Assembly: GCF_026571515.1 (NCBI RefSeq)
Contig: NW_026854407.1
Coordinates: 124,001-188,000, forward strand
Origin: Ruditapes philippinarum
Taxonomy: Eukaryota
Reading direction: 5' to 3'
DNA: 64,000 bases
This document shows positions 41,401 to 56,305 of the stretch, piece by piece (position 1 is the first letter of the stretch; each line of letters begins with the position of its first letter). The notes beneath the pieces are model-generated. The model worked only from the letters and a program-made list of their open reading frames with translations, was not told where the DNA came from and made no database searches. A program made the translations under genes and the position numbers.

Positions 41401-42625
41401 GACATTCATCATAGGCAAGTAGAACCACATAAATAAACTTCTGTTCTTGCTTTTATTTATGGCTTTACAATTCGTTGGCATGCTTACACAAAAATCCATG
41501 TTTCTCTCTTACAGAACAAGCAAAACTACGTGCTGAAATACTTTAATCATTGGAAGCTTCAAAATAAGAACAATTTAAAAACTGTCATTCCTTAAAATTG
41601 GTTCTGTATCACTTTTATTATTCTATTTAATTTCATGTGAGGTTATTACCTGGATTATAACTAACTACGAATGTAACTTGAAACGGATGTTTGTTACAAA
41701 ATGAGATAACTGAGATCACTGACTTAAAATCTCTTAAGATAGACAAAAGAAATAAATGAACACATTTTCATTAGTGAAATGCTCGTATTCTATTGCTATA
41801 CTATGGTTGTTTCTGAATTCTTGTAAGTTATCAGGTCAATGCAGTGCACTTCATATTGACATTGTTTTTATCTGATGTTGTTTTTTTTTTATAATACAAT
41901 GTTTGGTTTTGTCTCTAAATATAAGACAGCTCTAGCACCAAACTGTTTTACAATTTCCTTAAGTCATTACTGCAAGCAACAACATCAAACTAACTATAAG
42001 GTAGAAGTGTTAACCAATAACCATAAATACTAGAAAATAAAGTGAATAATGTATTTGTGCTCTATGTAGAGAACGATGCATTGCATTTTTTTCAACTAAT
42101 ACTTAATACTTTCCATTCTAACATTCTAAATGAAAGAAAGGTAAATGATATCGAAAGAATTTCCACTATTCTTTTATTTCATACATTTAATAACAGTTAG
42201 ATCAATTAAAAGTAAGCAATTTTATTAAGTTCACATTCAATTTGATTCTTTCTGTCCCTGGTCATTATTAATCAAAGTAAGTTGTTTTTATGTTGAGTCA
42301 CAAGTAACAACTTTTACTTTGGATAAGACAAACTAAAAGTCAATATTCATCACAAAATTCAGAAAGAAATGAAATTCTCTTTATTGAAATTTTCTTTCCT
42401 CTTTTAATTTTTGTCACTTATAATACAAGTGCACGACTCAAACCACGTAGGAGTAAATTTGATATTAAATTCATGGGCAACCCGTTGTTGTTGTCGTTAT
42501 TATTTTGATTTGTTTTAAAAAAATTATTAAAACCCTTTATTTCATTAAAGCTCACATTGAATTGTAAATTGTAAACTAAACCACTTGAGGAAACCTATGT
42601 CTCTCTAATTGAAAACAACTTTAAA
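38455..42625 (+). repeat. Young tandem duplication, copy A
   Basis: Runs from ataactcgtgatgttttagtgattttcaatc to gaggaaacctatgtc..ttgaaaacaacttt; highly similar and colinear with 43736-47678. Confidence 0.95.
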
Positions 42626-43315
42626 TCAAGAACCGGTTGAACCGGGTGATGCTCCCCGAGAAGGTTTTGGACACAGGAAAGTATAAAAAAATGAACAAAG
42701 GGCAAAAACTCCAAAATTAGGCAAAGCGGAGTTATATTTTTTTTGCACTGCACTTCTAATCAATGAGATCTATCTATCTATAAAGTTTCCTGATGATATC
42801 AGAGTTATGTCCCGGGTAAAAGTCAAAGTGTAAAAATGAACAAAGGGCAATAACTCCAAAATTAGACCAGGCTTTGTTTAGGTTCTTTAAGCATTGCAAT
42901 TCTATCCAATTATATCTAGCTACCTACAAAGTTTCATGTTGATATCTCTAATAGTTTTAAAGTATTGTCCAGGACAAAAGTCAAAAAGTAAAAATAAACA
43001 AAGGGCAATTACTTCAAAATAAGGCAAGGCAGAGTAATGATTCTTAAGCACTGCACTTCCACCCAATGAGACCTATCTATCTACAAAGTTTCATGTTGAT
43101 ATCTCTTATAATTTTAGAGTAATGTCCCAGACAAAGTCAAAGTGTCAAAATGAACAAAGGGCAATTACTCCAAAAGTAGGCAAGGCAGAGTTACGGTTCT
43201 TGTGCACTGCACACCTACTCAATGAGATCTATCTACCTACAAAGTTTCATGTTGATACCTCTTATACTTTTAGAGTTATGTCCCGGACAAAGTTCAAAGT
43301 GTAAAATAAACAAAT
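42624..43315 (-). mobile_element. HINE 3' part with ~4 tandem ~157-bp units
   Basis: Minus-strand 3' end with palindrome accggttcaaccggt then tcttgatt; units marked by aacaaagggca at ~42694, 42839, 42997 and 43153. Confidence 0.8.
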
Positions 43316-43317
43316 AA

Positions 43318-43735
43318 ATTTGGCCCACAGTATTCAAACTTCATAGGATGATTGTTCATATTGGGTGGAAGACCGCTATTGATTTTGGGGTCACAAGGTC
43401 AAAGATCAAGGGATTACTATCACCTTTAAACTGGAAACAGTTTTCGCTCAATAACTCAAGTATTAATCGAACTACAGCTGTAAAATTTTATAGGATTAAC
43501 AGCTTTATACCCCTGACGTCTTGGTGGCCATCCGTTGTAGCATTTTTACTTACAAGATAACAACTTGATGGTGGTGCTTTGAAAACAGCAACTGAATATA
43601 TACATGAATGTTCTTCAGCTATAAAGGAGGATTGCTTTTCGAAGGAGGTAATACTGTATTTAATTCCCATGTCTTCCTCACTAAAAGAAAGAGTACTTTC
43701 GGGCATATAATGCTCCGCCTAGCGGTGCTCTTGTT
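43318..43735 (+). mobile_element. 3' part of a second HINE family
   Basis: ctattgattttggggtcacaaggtcaaagatcaag core motif; terminal gggcatat..gctccgcctagcggtgc hairpin followed by tcttgtt. Confidence 0.7.
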
Positions 43736-46700
43736 ATAACTCGTGATGTTTTAGTGATTTTCAATCTTAAATGTTTATAATTGTGCAAAACATATTTGGC
43801 AAATGAAGGAAAACTATAAAACAACACTCTTTTTCTTGGGGTTTCTTCCAATTTTATAATGACATTTGGAATGATGTTATTGTTTAAATCATTATTAATT
43901 GATTAACTTTTAAATGCATCTAAGCATCACAACTGAATGACTGGCCTTACCATAGGCAAAACTTCAAGACTATTATCCTTTTTCCTGCTTAAATGATTTT
44001 GTAATCGTGATAATTGCTTTTTCTAGAAAAATCATTCAGTGTTATATATGCTTTGCAACTTACGATCAAAGCACCGAAACAAGAACAAACAAAAAGTATA
44101 TTTAACTTAATTGCAATTTTTATATATACAATAATAATCTTTATTTTTTAATTCTTTCGATCGATATAACTTCCGTATTAAATGTCAAAGTATTATTCTC
44201 TAAATAAATTGTTCTATATCATTTTGTTATAATTGTCAACATCGCCCGTTTGTCAGTTTGATTTAAACAAAAACCTACTGACTTAAGCACTTTATTTTAA
44301 GAAGTTCAATATATAAATATAAGATCGTTTTATAGATCATTTATGTTCTATCTTGAAAATAGTAGATAGTTTTATATGAAATATTGTATTTCCATATGCA
44401 TACGATATATCTTGTTATAATTTTCATCCGGTTGATGCCTGTTTGATGGTTGTTTTATTTTGTGGTCTCTTGTTATATATCTCTCTCTATATATATAGGT
44501 TCAGGGAATAACATTTCTAAACTAAAAAATAACCGTTAAATGGAATTACAACTTCAATGATACATTAAAAGTTAGATACCACAACTTGGTATTTACTATA
44601 AAGTAATGAACTGTCAATTTAAAGACATAAAAAACTGGGTAAATTTGTCTGTTAAGTGAAGTATTTAGATGCAAAGGTATTCCATCTTACCTTGAACGAT
44701 ATGAGAAAATGTTGTTTATTTACATTCCTTAGTACATGATAAAATCGGCGTTAAAAGGTTAATAAAATCGTAAGAGTATGTGTGATTTATACAAGTACTT
44801 TTATTTAAAAACGATTACAAATACATTCATGTCAATGTTTAAAGAAATATCATGTTTTTATTTGACGTTATTTGTGTACCATTTGATGTCGGTCGGAATC
44901 AATTATTTGTGTGTGCAAATTGTCAGACTATTCCCTCATCCCGTTTTACCAGATTCTTCATTTCTATTGTTCGAAAAGGCCTAATAATGAAAAGCGTTGC
45001 AACTCAAATTAGCCTAAAAATCATACAAAAATCTATTTTCAATCTAATTTTGAGCATATTTTGTTCAGTTTCGCTGCAAAATTTCCATTTCAAGTGCTTC
45101 TTTTTATCTATTTAAATGTAAGATGTTTTGTTTTCAGCCATTCTGACCTCAGTTGAGCTTACATGATTCAACTCATAGTATGAAAAGTAAGATTTTACAT
45201 TAAAAAACAACAATAATATTTGATACATATAGATTAATGTCAAAAATTATGAAGGAAATAATGAATCGAACTTTCAGAAATCATTAAATCATTAAATTGT
45301 AATATAATATAATAAATCGTAAAAAAACCCGTCTTTTCTTACTTTCTCAAAGTCATTATTTTTATTTTATGATGTGCATTTGATCAAAAAGAATTGTAAT
45401 GTAATGGAAGGTGAGAATCAGAATTTAACAGTTAAACTAATCAAAGACCTGCTATATGGGATCATGTAACTGATTTACATTTGAAAGATTTATGTGTTAC
45501 AATACAGACATTTCATTTCCGCATGTGAAGCCAGAAACTCGGTCTATGATCGGACATACATCAAACGAATAAAACAATTTACAGCTGTGAACGTCTTTAA
45601 TCACATAAATCTGATTATTTTCAAGGCAACAAGAGGTATTTATGTGAATATGTGGCAAGTGTTTTTGTTTTTACTGACATTCACGTTTATCTGTGACTCT
45701 GTATAATTTGACAGGTTTAATCAATGTGTATACCTAAATGTTAACCTGATCGTTTCAGAATTTTTATTGCGAAACATAGTGAAAATCGTGATATTTTACA
45801 ATATTTACTTAATAATAATGCTTTATAGTCATAAACATTTGGAATATTTCACAAATATTTACTAATTTGTTGCGCATATAGAAATGTTACACTATTCTTA
45901 AGTTTAACTTTTTAAAGACTACCTCGACTTGTTTGTGAAATGAAAAATTGAAAATTAAAGTAAAATCCAGTAGAGCCACGGAATGAAAAATACGACAAAA
46001 AGGAAACTAGTAAACACATTTGAACTAAGTGAATGAATGACATCTGTACCAATTTTGTTCGAATTATGGTCCCCTTGGTTAAAATTTACCTCGCCAATGG
46101 AGGACTTCAAAAATCCCATTTTTCATATTTTCAGTCTCATAGTGTTAACCTCTAGTGAACACCAGGGTCAAATTGGCCCAATGTTTTGGGATCAATAGGT
46201 CAGATATTGAAGATACAAATCTCATATTCTGGCGGATGATAATTTTTGTCCAGCGTTACTAATTTGACATGTCGATCTCAAAGGTCAAGTTCTCAAACCA
46301 TCATAACTTATCATGTTTAGTTATGGCCATCATATGAAAAAGGAACTGATGTTTATTTTCAATTGACATGGATAATACAAACCTAAAGGATGCAAAGGAT
46401 ATATAATGTTTTGTTTGACATGCTGAAATATTTACCTTAGGCTCCGCTTGACATTCATCATAGGCAAGTAGAATCACATAAATAAACTTCTGTTCTTGCT
46501 TTTATTTATGGCTTTTCAATTCGTTGGCATGTTTACACAAATATCCATATTTCTCTCTCACAGAACAAGCAAAACAAAGGGCTGAAATACTTTAATCATT
46601 GGAAGCTTCAAAATAGGAACAATTTAAAAACTGACATTCGTTAAAATTTGTTCTGTATCACTTTTATTATTCTACTTAATTTCATACTCTATGTGAGGTT

Positions 46701-47678
46701 TATATAAAAACATATACATACAGGTCTGTTTTATAACAAACTACGAATGTAACTTGAAACGGATGTTTGTAACAAAATCAGATAACTGAGATCACTGACT
46801 TTAATTCTCTTAAGATAGACAAAAGAAATAAATGAACACATTTTCATAAGTGAAATGCTCGTATTCTATTGCTATACTATGGTTGTTTCTGAATTCTTGT
46901 AAGTTATCAGGTCAATGCAGTGTACTTCATATTGACATTGTTTTTATCTAATGTTTATGTTTATAATACAATGTTTAGTTTTGTCTCTAAATATAAGACA
47001 GATATAGCACCAAACTGTTTTACAATTTCCTTAAGTCATTACTGCAAGGAACAACATCAAACTAACTATAAGGTAACCGTAAATACTAGAAAATAAAATG
47101 AATAATGTCTTTGTGCTCTATGTAGAGAACGATGTATTGCATTTTTTAACTAATACTAACATTCTAACATTCTCAATGAAAGACAAAGGTAAATGATATC
47201 GACAGAATTTCCACTACTCTGTGATTTCATACATTTAATAACATTTAGATCAATTAAAAGTAAGCACTTTTATTAACTTCACATTCAATTTGATTCTTTC
47301 TGTCCTTGGTCATTATTAATCAAAGTAATTTGTTTTTATGTAGAGTCACAAGTAACAACTTTTACTTTGGACAAGACAAACTAAAAGTCAATATTCATCA
47401 CAAAATTCATAAGGAAATGAAATCCTCTTTATTGAAATTGAACTTTCCTCTTTAAATCTTTGTCACGTATTTTACAAGTGCACGACTCAAACCACGTAGG
47501 AGTAAATTTGATGTTAAATTCATGGGCAACCCGTTGTTGTTGTTGTCGTTATTATTTTGATTTGTTTTAAAATTTTTATTAAAACCCTTTATTTTATTAA
47601 AGCTCACATTGAATCGTAAATTGTGAACTAAACCACTTGAGGAAACCTATGTCGCTCTTGTTGAAAACAACTTTTAAA
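43736..47678 (+). repeat. Young tandem duplication, copy B
   Basis: Colinear with 38455-42625, lacking ~190 bp present in A (~38915-39105). The ORFs at 39683 and 44778 are the same duplicated sequence. Confidence 0.95.
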
Positions 47679-50600
47679 AAATGATAGTAAGCATAGGAAA
47701 AATATTGTTTCGAAATATACATTAAGCAACGGGTACTGGGATCCTACATATTACCGGACAAAATATGATGTTTTTTGCTGTAACGTTTATTTAAATTAAT
47801 AAAAAAGAATGAAATTTTATCGAAATAATTTTGGGTTCTTAATACACGTGAAGATTTCTTTATCAAACATAAAGTTTGTCTTTAAAGTATGGCATTATAA
47901 AAGAAAAAAAATCGTATAGACAACTCAATTTACCGGACATTGTGCTTCAAATTTTTTTGAAGTCGTGAATTGATATTTATCTAAATAATCAGCACGGAAA
48001 CTACGACTATTGAATGGCAAGGTAAAGATATTTGAAAAAACCAGTATGTCACTTAAATAGAAACGGCAGCCATGCTTGGTACGAAGAGGCCACTTTTTTG
48101 GGTGTTATTGAAATTAACACTATTAACTCAATTAACGTATTGATTCTTCATGATCCTTAAACGTATGAAACATTTTGATATTCAAATGGAATTCGTTCTT
48201 TGTCATACAGTTTTCTTTTGCTCATCATGTAGCATTTTACAAAAAACATAAAGTCTATTTTATTTACATTTAATGTAGAGTTTCCTCCCATGGGCGTAAC
48301 CCGTTTCCTTATATGTTTTTTAATTTGCATTTTATTGTGAAAGACAACAACGAGATACTGTTTGGACTAAATTTGAAAATATTTTGTTATCATTAAAATA
48401 TGTTACGATTGTCTGAGAAGAATTAAAAGTAAAACCTATCTAAAAACATTAAGAGCCTCAATATTCGGGCATGCGCAGGACAGATTATTCCCCTGCATGA
48501 CCAGGTCATGAAATAACTAAAAAAAACAAAAGGGCATGTTAATAAATAAAGAACTGAATCATTAATATTTAAAAGTTGTTTTAATGGTATTTACTTTGAA
48601 AAAGAAAGTGTGTGTACGATTCAGACCAGATGATTTTTAATCGAAGCAAAAATAAAAGCTCTATTCCACACGAATAGATTTTGTCCTGTAAACCGGTTGT
48701 CCGGTAAATATGAAGGATCTCAGTAGGTATGAACAGGATTTTTCTACATTGTTTACACGTGGATTTTCTTGTAATTGACATTGATATTACATGAACGGGT
48801 TTATATACATATCGGAACTTTATTAGTTTAAAAATGTTATATTCACTTAATAGCACTTGATACTGTTATCGTTGTTTTCTTTAGATCATTTCCGTGTCGT
48901 ATTTTTTATACCGCCAGATTGTGTTATTTTAAAATATGGATATAATGTTTAATTTATCACAAAATGTCTAATCTATAAGAACTTACATTTATTATTAAAG
49001 AAATACCAAGAGAAGTTCAAACAGATAATATAATTTTAACATATATGCTCGTGCCAATGTATGTTCTAAAAAGTTGTTTTAGTGAACAAAACCACAATTT
49101 AAGAGCACAGAAATTCACAAAAGATTAGTAAAAACATTATCATAAAATTATTTTCGTATGGCACAATTAAACGTTCAGTTTTTGTTTATTAACAAAAAAA
49201 GTAAAACAAAATAATTTTTTGGAAATTTTCCATCTTTATTATTTAAAAAACACTTCACTGAAAGGCGCATATACCAGTTATAAGAGATTCGTTTTATTTT
49301 CGTGTGAGTCGCTACCCTTCAACTTTAATCGGTTTTATGTTCGTAAAGAATACATTGAACAGTTTCTTGACATAAGTTATAGTCTATAAATAAATATTTA
49401 ATGTAATTAATTATATACTAAACGACACAAATATTATGTGTATCGACGTTTGATATAATCAGAATATCATACTTATCTAAGAGGTATTATCTACATGGGA
49501 TCATTATATTAAGTATTTTCACGTTTTTTCAGAAAACATAATGATTATGCGGTACCTACTTAAAATTGAACTAATGTTTTACCATCAATATAAAACACCT
49601 GCATGTAAGTAAAATGGGAATTAGTTGGAAGAAATATATTGTGTTTTCACAAATGAGTTTATATGATATTATATATCATCAGTGCTTTTACATTTCAATT
49701 TAATGATCATTTATCTACATGAACCAGCAAATCAAAATAAAAAACAAAACAAAACAAAGAAACTCGATCGAATGACAATATTAAAAAAAATGAGGAAAGT
49801 ATGAGATAATTTAGTTTGTGTTAACCGTTCACACTTGTTAGAATTCTTCTTTTCATTTATTCAAAAGCACTTCGCCATAGCGCGTATAGAAATTCAATGT
49901 AGGCTTGTAAAAAAATACAACGATTAAGCGTGTATATCTGTCTTTTTTATTTCTATTTACTTATGACTTTTACTCTCTTTTTTATTAGGAGAAGATTTAA
50001 GTAAAAATATATCTGAAGAATTTAAAAGCTTACCACTGAAGAACAGATAAAACGATTTCATAAATTGTGTATGAAATCACTCCGTAACTGCGTTATAAGA
50101 AAATATGACAATCATTGTGAAAATACGTAAAAATAGAATTTTGCGGAGAAAAAAGAAACAAATAAATACCATCCTTATTTAAATAATTATCCGAAAGATG
50201 TTGCTTTTCTTATCCCTTTTCTCGAGTGTCAAATTAATTTAATCAAACTCGTGTGACCTTTTTGTTTAACATCACCATTGTTTGACATTCGAACAGAACT
50301 TTGTTATTTTAAGTACAAAGAGGACCTAATGTGAATTTCAACTCTTGAAAAATTAAAAAGAGGGCCAGATTTAAAAACGATTATGCTTTTATATAATTTA
50401 AAAAAAAATTTTTTTACTCTAAAAAGGGAAAACGAGGCTTACGGGTTGAATATCATTAATATAATATTTTTGACTTTTTTTTTATAAAAATTGGGCCGAA
50501 AAAAAATTAATTTTTGGGCTCCGCGTTCCCAAAGCCAAAAACTCTTGTTTTTGTAGGGGTTTTTCTTTGTAAACATAATAGTTTTTTTGACAACATTTGG

Positions 50601-53600
50601 TCACAGTTAAAATGAAAAATAAACACCGATTTAACACTGATTATTTTTATTTCACCAATAAAATCAAGAAACATTTGTTTTGGAGAAATTTCCTAACTGC
50701 ATATGAACTAAACTTATTCATTTATCATTTATCCATAATGTTTTGGAAGTGAATGGCAGCTGGAGTTTTGCAAAACAATACTGAATAAATAGCTAGGTTT
50801 TATTGTTGATGAACTGTGAATAATGTAACGGCCCCTTCACAATAGTTACAAAAGATGTGTATACTATTTTACCATTGTCAAAACAATGTTTTATTTTAGA
50901 GACAGTTCAAAACATGTTTTTGTACTAAATAATCTAAACACGTAAACCTGATTTCTGATTGCTGATGTGTGTTTTCATTAATGCTATATATAGAAAGATA
51001 TAATTTTAATAGTTGACAGTTGTCTCCTTTAATTACATTGACCTAAACTTTAGCCTGCTGGCGGAATAAAATTCCACCACAGCGACCAATGCAGGTTAAG
51101 ATAAGGCGGCAGTAGTAGAGTAACTATTATGATCATTTATAGGCAAAACATAAAATCTTAACTACCATTCCGTTATAAAAAGGTAAACGGTCAAGGTCAA
51201 AAGCGCGACATGTATAACAATAAACATGTACTTTGTATATAATAATTGGGTAAAATAATGAGAGGTTCTATCGTATGATTTCTATAGCATTAAGTTTATT
51301 TTAAAAAGGTCCCATTCCCTACATGGAAAACAGGCAACACCCTATCCGCCCTAAAAATATGTTTGTTTTTTCATTTATCCCTATTGTCTTGTACTCGCAT
51401 TTATTTATGACCTGGAATATAAGAAACACAGCAGCATGAAGGCGTTCATAAAGTCAATGATGAGTTCTGCATAGGTCAGTTGAGGTTAATTCTATTGTTA
51501 TAATGATGTTTTATATATTTTAATCAGCGATGTGTTATTGTTATAATGTAAGATATAACATTGACATTGCATATTAACTTTAAATTATTTTCATCTAACC
51601 ATTCCATTGTAACATAAATTACATCTCACCATGTTGTCAGCATTGACGTGACAGTTTAAAGTAATCCAAAGTCGTTTTATCCATAACAGATATACCGTAA
51701 TGACTTTGACAGTTTAATTGCGGCATTTTTTTTTTATAAAAGATATCTAGTTTACAAATGTATTTACTATATTAAGCACTCTTCGATAAGCCATACATTT
51801 GCCATCGAAGCACTAAAAACATGTCAATAATGCAATAACGTCATCCCCCGTCATCCGGTTTGAAAATAAGTTAAAAGAGTTATGCAATATGTGTTTTAAC
51901 AAACTAGTTTATTACTTTAAAATAACTGCAGTTTGCAATGCAATATTGACTGTTGTGCTTTGATTAAAAGAGATCGCGCTGTTATTTCAGCTCACCTGAG
52001 AGAGGTTTGCGTTTAATTTCAAAGTCTAAAAAGGATGGGAGAAAATGATTTTGATAATGTTATGATAGGGGATTATCATTGGAAAGAGAACGACAAAACA
52101 CTTATGATCTATAAATAGCTTCTCCTTTAGATGAAAAAAATTCTAACATTTACCCATTGGCTTAATATGAATTCAGTAAATGGAGCTGTGCCGATAGAAA
52201 CAGTGTTATTTCTTCGTTTGAATTATTTTCACGTCAAAGGAGTATTTAATATATCTATAGAATGTGTAGTACCTTAACAAAAACAAAAATCACAGGAATG
52301 TTTTTCGTCAATCCTTATTTCCCTTCGCATAATCGCAATGTAAGCTCTATCAAACCTCTTTGAACTCATAGATAAAATTCACTATTCCCCTTCGTATTAT
52401 ATGTCTTTGGCGGTATCGTAAGATAATTTGTTCAGAATCCTTTATAATGACTATGGATATCAAAGTAATCACGCAAATGTAAGATATGTAAACAAAATAA
52501 ATATTTCTTCTCAGTATTGTATATTTTCTTGCAATATTTATATATTGGATGAAAATACCAGAAAAGCTGTCTAATAAGTGTGTTCCTCATAACCTCGCGA
52601 GCAAAACATCTCCATCTATTATGTAGCTTTCTATACGAGTAATTGTTTGGAATATATCAAATTAAACAACGTGAACTGAGTGTAGCATGAAACTTAATGA
52701 CATTAAAAATCTGTTTAATTATGTTTTTTATATATACCAAGAATACAGAAATTAAAACTGTTTTAAAACATTTCTCTATTTAATCCTGTTATTTCGAAAC
52801 CATTTCAAATCGTTTGTGGTGTTACTGCGTATATCTAAGCAACTTGTTTGTTTGATTTTGAAGAAATGTTTTTTCGAATAACACGGTGCAACATGTATAA
52901 TTCGATAGAAAAACGTACCCCCAAAGTTGATAATATTGCTTCCGAGCGCAAATAATTGTCATGCTCGTTTTTACATGACACTTCATTGTAATATTCATTT
53001 TGACGTTTAAAAAAATCAAAATATATTCAGAATGATAATGACTGCTGCAGCGATGAAATAATATCACGAATGCACTAAAAAGGTGGATGTGTCATTTCTA
53101 GAAATTCTTCAAATAAAAAGGAAAGCAAGGTGTAAAATTCGGACAATTGTGCTTTCTTGTATATTGTAATTACAAAATGTTTTAAACGGAAAATCATAAA
53201 AATAATACATTAATAAATAAGTTGAGTGTACAAAGGTGGATCAGAATGATTGCATATGGTTTATAGTCCTGTGCAAACATATAATTATTGCGATTATAAA
53301 GACACAAAAATCCGTTATTTTAATCTTTTTTTAACGATGTCTGAAAAGCCAAATACAAAAAAATTAATTAATAATAGAAATATATAATCGATATTTTCAC
53401 TTAATCAAACCAAATATCATTTTAAGGTGTTAGATTGCAAGACAAGAAAAAACTTGCCTTGACTTTTTATCTCTGACTAATTATTTAAAAAAAACTAATA
53501 TATAAGGCAAATACGACTTATCTTTCTTGTTCCGTATAAAACATGATATAATGGCAGATCCTTTCTAGATATTACAAATATTAGAACATTTTATATGTTA

Positions 53601-54576
53601 AGCGGTTGTAACTTACATTCTCATTGTAATTTAGGAAAGAACCAAGGGACGCCTTTGTTTAAGAAAGATTAAATGTTACTACGCAACTGATCATTACCTT
53701 TTAGCTTTGATGTCACCTCATTCTCGCGGCAGATATCGTTTTATATTGTAAAAAAAGATATTCATTCAGAACGATGATTCCAGAAATAAAATAGTTTTAA
53801 TTACAGAGATCATTAAGAAAATATTAACGAAATACCGAATTATTGTAATTACTATTACATCAGTAAATATGGGAAAGTAATTCCCCTGTGTAAACCTGAA
53901 ACTTTGAAAATGTTTTATAACGTTAAATTGCACACTAATAAGATAAACTTATTTTCTGAACTTCAAACAAGAATAAGATATAATGCTTTTGATCAACTAG
54001 CTTTTCACGATCACTTTCTTGATCAATATAAAGTGGTAAGTGTCATTTCCAATCTTCTATATTCAAATGTAAGTGCTAATAACCGAGATATCGTTAAAAA
54101 TATGCTTAGCAATTAAATAAATGATACAAAAACTAGGAGTTAATGAGTCTATTCATAAGATATAATATAAATTGTATCATATCTCGCCCAACTATCTGCG
54201 ACTTAAATGGTATTCAGTCATCAAGACTTGAAGTATTGTAGTCTATTATCCGGGTGGCAGAAATCCTTATTGTTTATTTTAGGACAGTCAGACATCAATG
54301 AATATGTGAAAATACAATAAAATGAAAAGTTTAACGGTGATATTGCATTTAAAAGATAAAACAAGCGTGATTTTTAAGAGGTTTGATTCATATTTGTTGG
54401 AAAAGGACCCTCCACCAACACCCGAGCAACCGACGAATCAATTATTACATTATTAGTCGGATATCGAACTTAATACATTAAGATAAAACAAAACATATTC
54501 GTATCATGAAAATATTTTTCCATTATCTTTCTTCAATTTTTCATTTTATATAAGTTCACTTCGGTCTGTTAATTTT

Positions 54577-55029
54577 ATGCAAAATTAAGGTTTGTTTAAA
54601 CTCAATGAAACACAAATTATTGTTGTAAAAATTGAAAATGCTCCAGGTTCGTTTCGATTGTATTTATTCGTGGATGGTAGTGGTTATTGCATGTTCGATA
54701 GCATTGCCTGAAGCTAAACATAGTACATATTGAAATATTGAATGAAGAAATATCAAAACCAGTTAACAAAGGGCAATGAAAATTCTTTTCTATATCGACC
54801 ATAATATATTGTTGTTAGTTAATGAAACAGTAAATGTTATAAGTATTATATGTTTAGTCGAAGCACGATAGAAAATCTCGTGATTTTTGAACAAATACAA
54901 GTAAAATACAGATGTATATACGATGTGAACATCAAAAGGAACTTTAATGACCAGCTCACTTGGAACAAGACACAATACATTTATATGGCTGACCATGTGC
55001 ATTCCCTCAAATTTAATAAATGGGTTTAA
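54577..55029 (+). pseudogene. Possible decayed OTU-like cysteine protease reading frame
   Basis: FVDGSGYCMFDSIA (Cys codon 54688-54690) resembles the OTU motif GDGxCLFxSIA. Downstream ENLVIFEQ...YIYMADHVHSL resembles the His loop. Interrupted by stops and frameshifts. Confidence 0.35.
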
Positions 55030-56305
55030 GATAGATTCATGACTGTTATATGCTTAGAGTATGTCTATCGTTTAGTTTTATATTAAACAGACATTTCCAA
55101 CACGTGCTTATTCACATGAAGTACAGACGAAAATCAATGAAATAAAAAAACGCATTTTTTAAAAAAAAAAAAGATTTTTATTACTTTGTACGGGAAAATT
55201 TTTTTATTTCAAGATTATGAATGATTTTAAAACTTTTTTGTTTTTTACATCTTGGCAAAAAATTTTTTTTCCGGGCAAATTTTATGAGATAATAAAGACT
55301 TTTTTAATAGTAACACAAATCATTGTGATTTAAAAGTTACATACAAGTATAAAAGCTGGCACTTTGACATATTGTTCACTCTTTTCCAATTTTACTTACC
55401 TAAAGATAGAATTAGACGTACATGGATGAAAAAATATATTGATTAAACATTTAATTTTGATATCTTAATAATATGTTTAAATATTTAAGATGCTCAGTTT
55501 TAAATTGAATAAGTTTACAATTGGTACATTTTCCACCCTTATTTCAAATATAGACAAAATCATTAAAAATCATTTGGGTATTCATTCAAAATTTTGTTTG
55601 CTGAAAAAGAAATAATAATAAAAATCTAAGTGATTTAGAATAAACATTTATATGATAAATAACAATATTTTGTTATTTTGATCTAGAACATTTTATTATC
55701 TGCTATATAAATATATATAATATTGTATCATTATTTCACACTTCCCAACAACGTCTTTGTCTAATTATTTCGTGGTTCGTTAGTTGTCTAATACAAATAC
55801 TATCAAAGTGATTATTCATTGTGGTACTGACCTACCATTATAGACCAATTGTCTTTAAAGATAAGATAAGATAAGTCTCATCATCATGTACACTAATAAA
55901 ACAATACAAATATAAAACCTACGACATTGTACATAAATGCCACTCAAAAATGAGTTATAAGAGACTATACATAACTTTACAACAAAATCAAACATACAGG
56001 ACATATCTACAAAATTTCTTAAAAATAAAACCAGGTAATGGTTCTTTTTTAAATTAATGTGAAGTGTTGAGACAACCAGACTGTATTAATTTTAGTTGAA
56101 ATTCTGTGTAGTGTGCGTTTGATATTGCTGGTTGTAAAGAATTTGAAAAAAAATTTGGGTTTACAGCAGTGTACAAGTTTACAGTGTTCCGAGATAAACG
56201 GCCCAGATATATGCAGATTTTAAATGTGTTCACTTCATAATTTTTACCACTGTCAAAATAATATATTTTACCATAAGATAAAATACTGTATGTGACATTC
56301 AAAAA

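Larger units (their letters stand above)
34200..42625 (+). repeat. Segmental duplication block I+A (paralog at ~56560-64000)
   Basis: Long colinear similarity, e.g. ggagataaaatacagacaagctattgatagac (34716/57501); cagtttgtataaaaatcacgggttgttctgaat (35076/57786); ttctgaattc..gtaagttatcaggtcaat (41811/63341). Confidence 0.85.

Noticed and set aside
48581-48856. ORF with CKQCRKILF zinc-knuckle-like motif
   Set aside because: A single CxxC with no supporting context.
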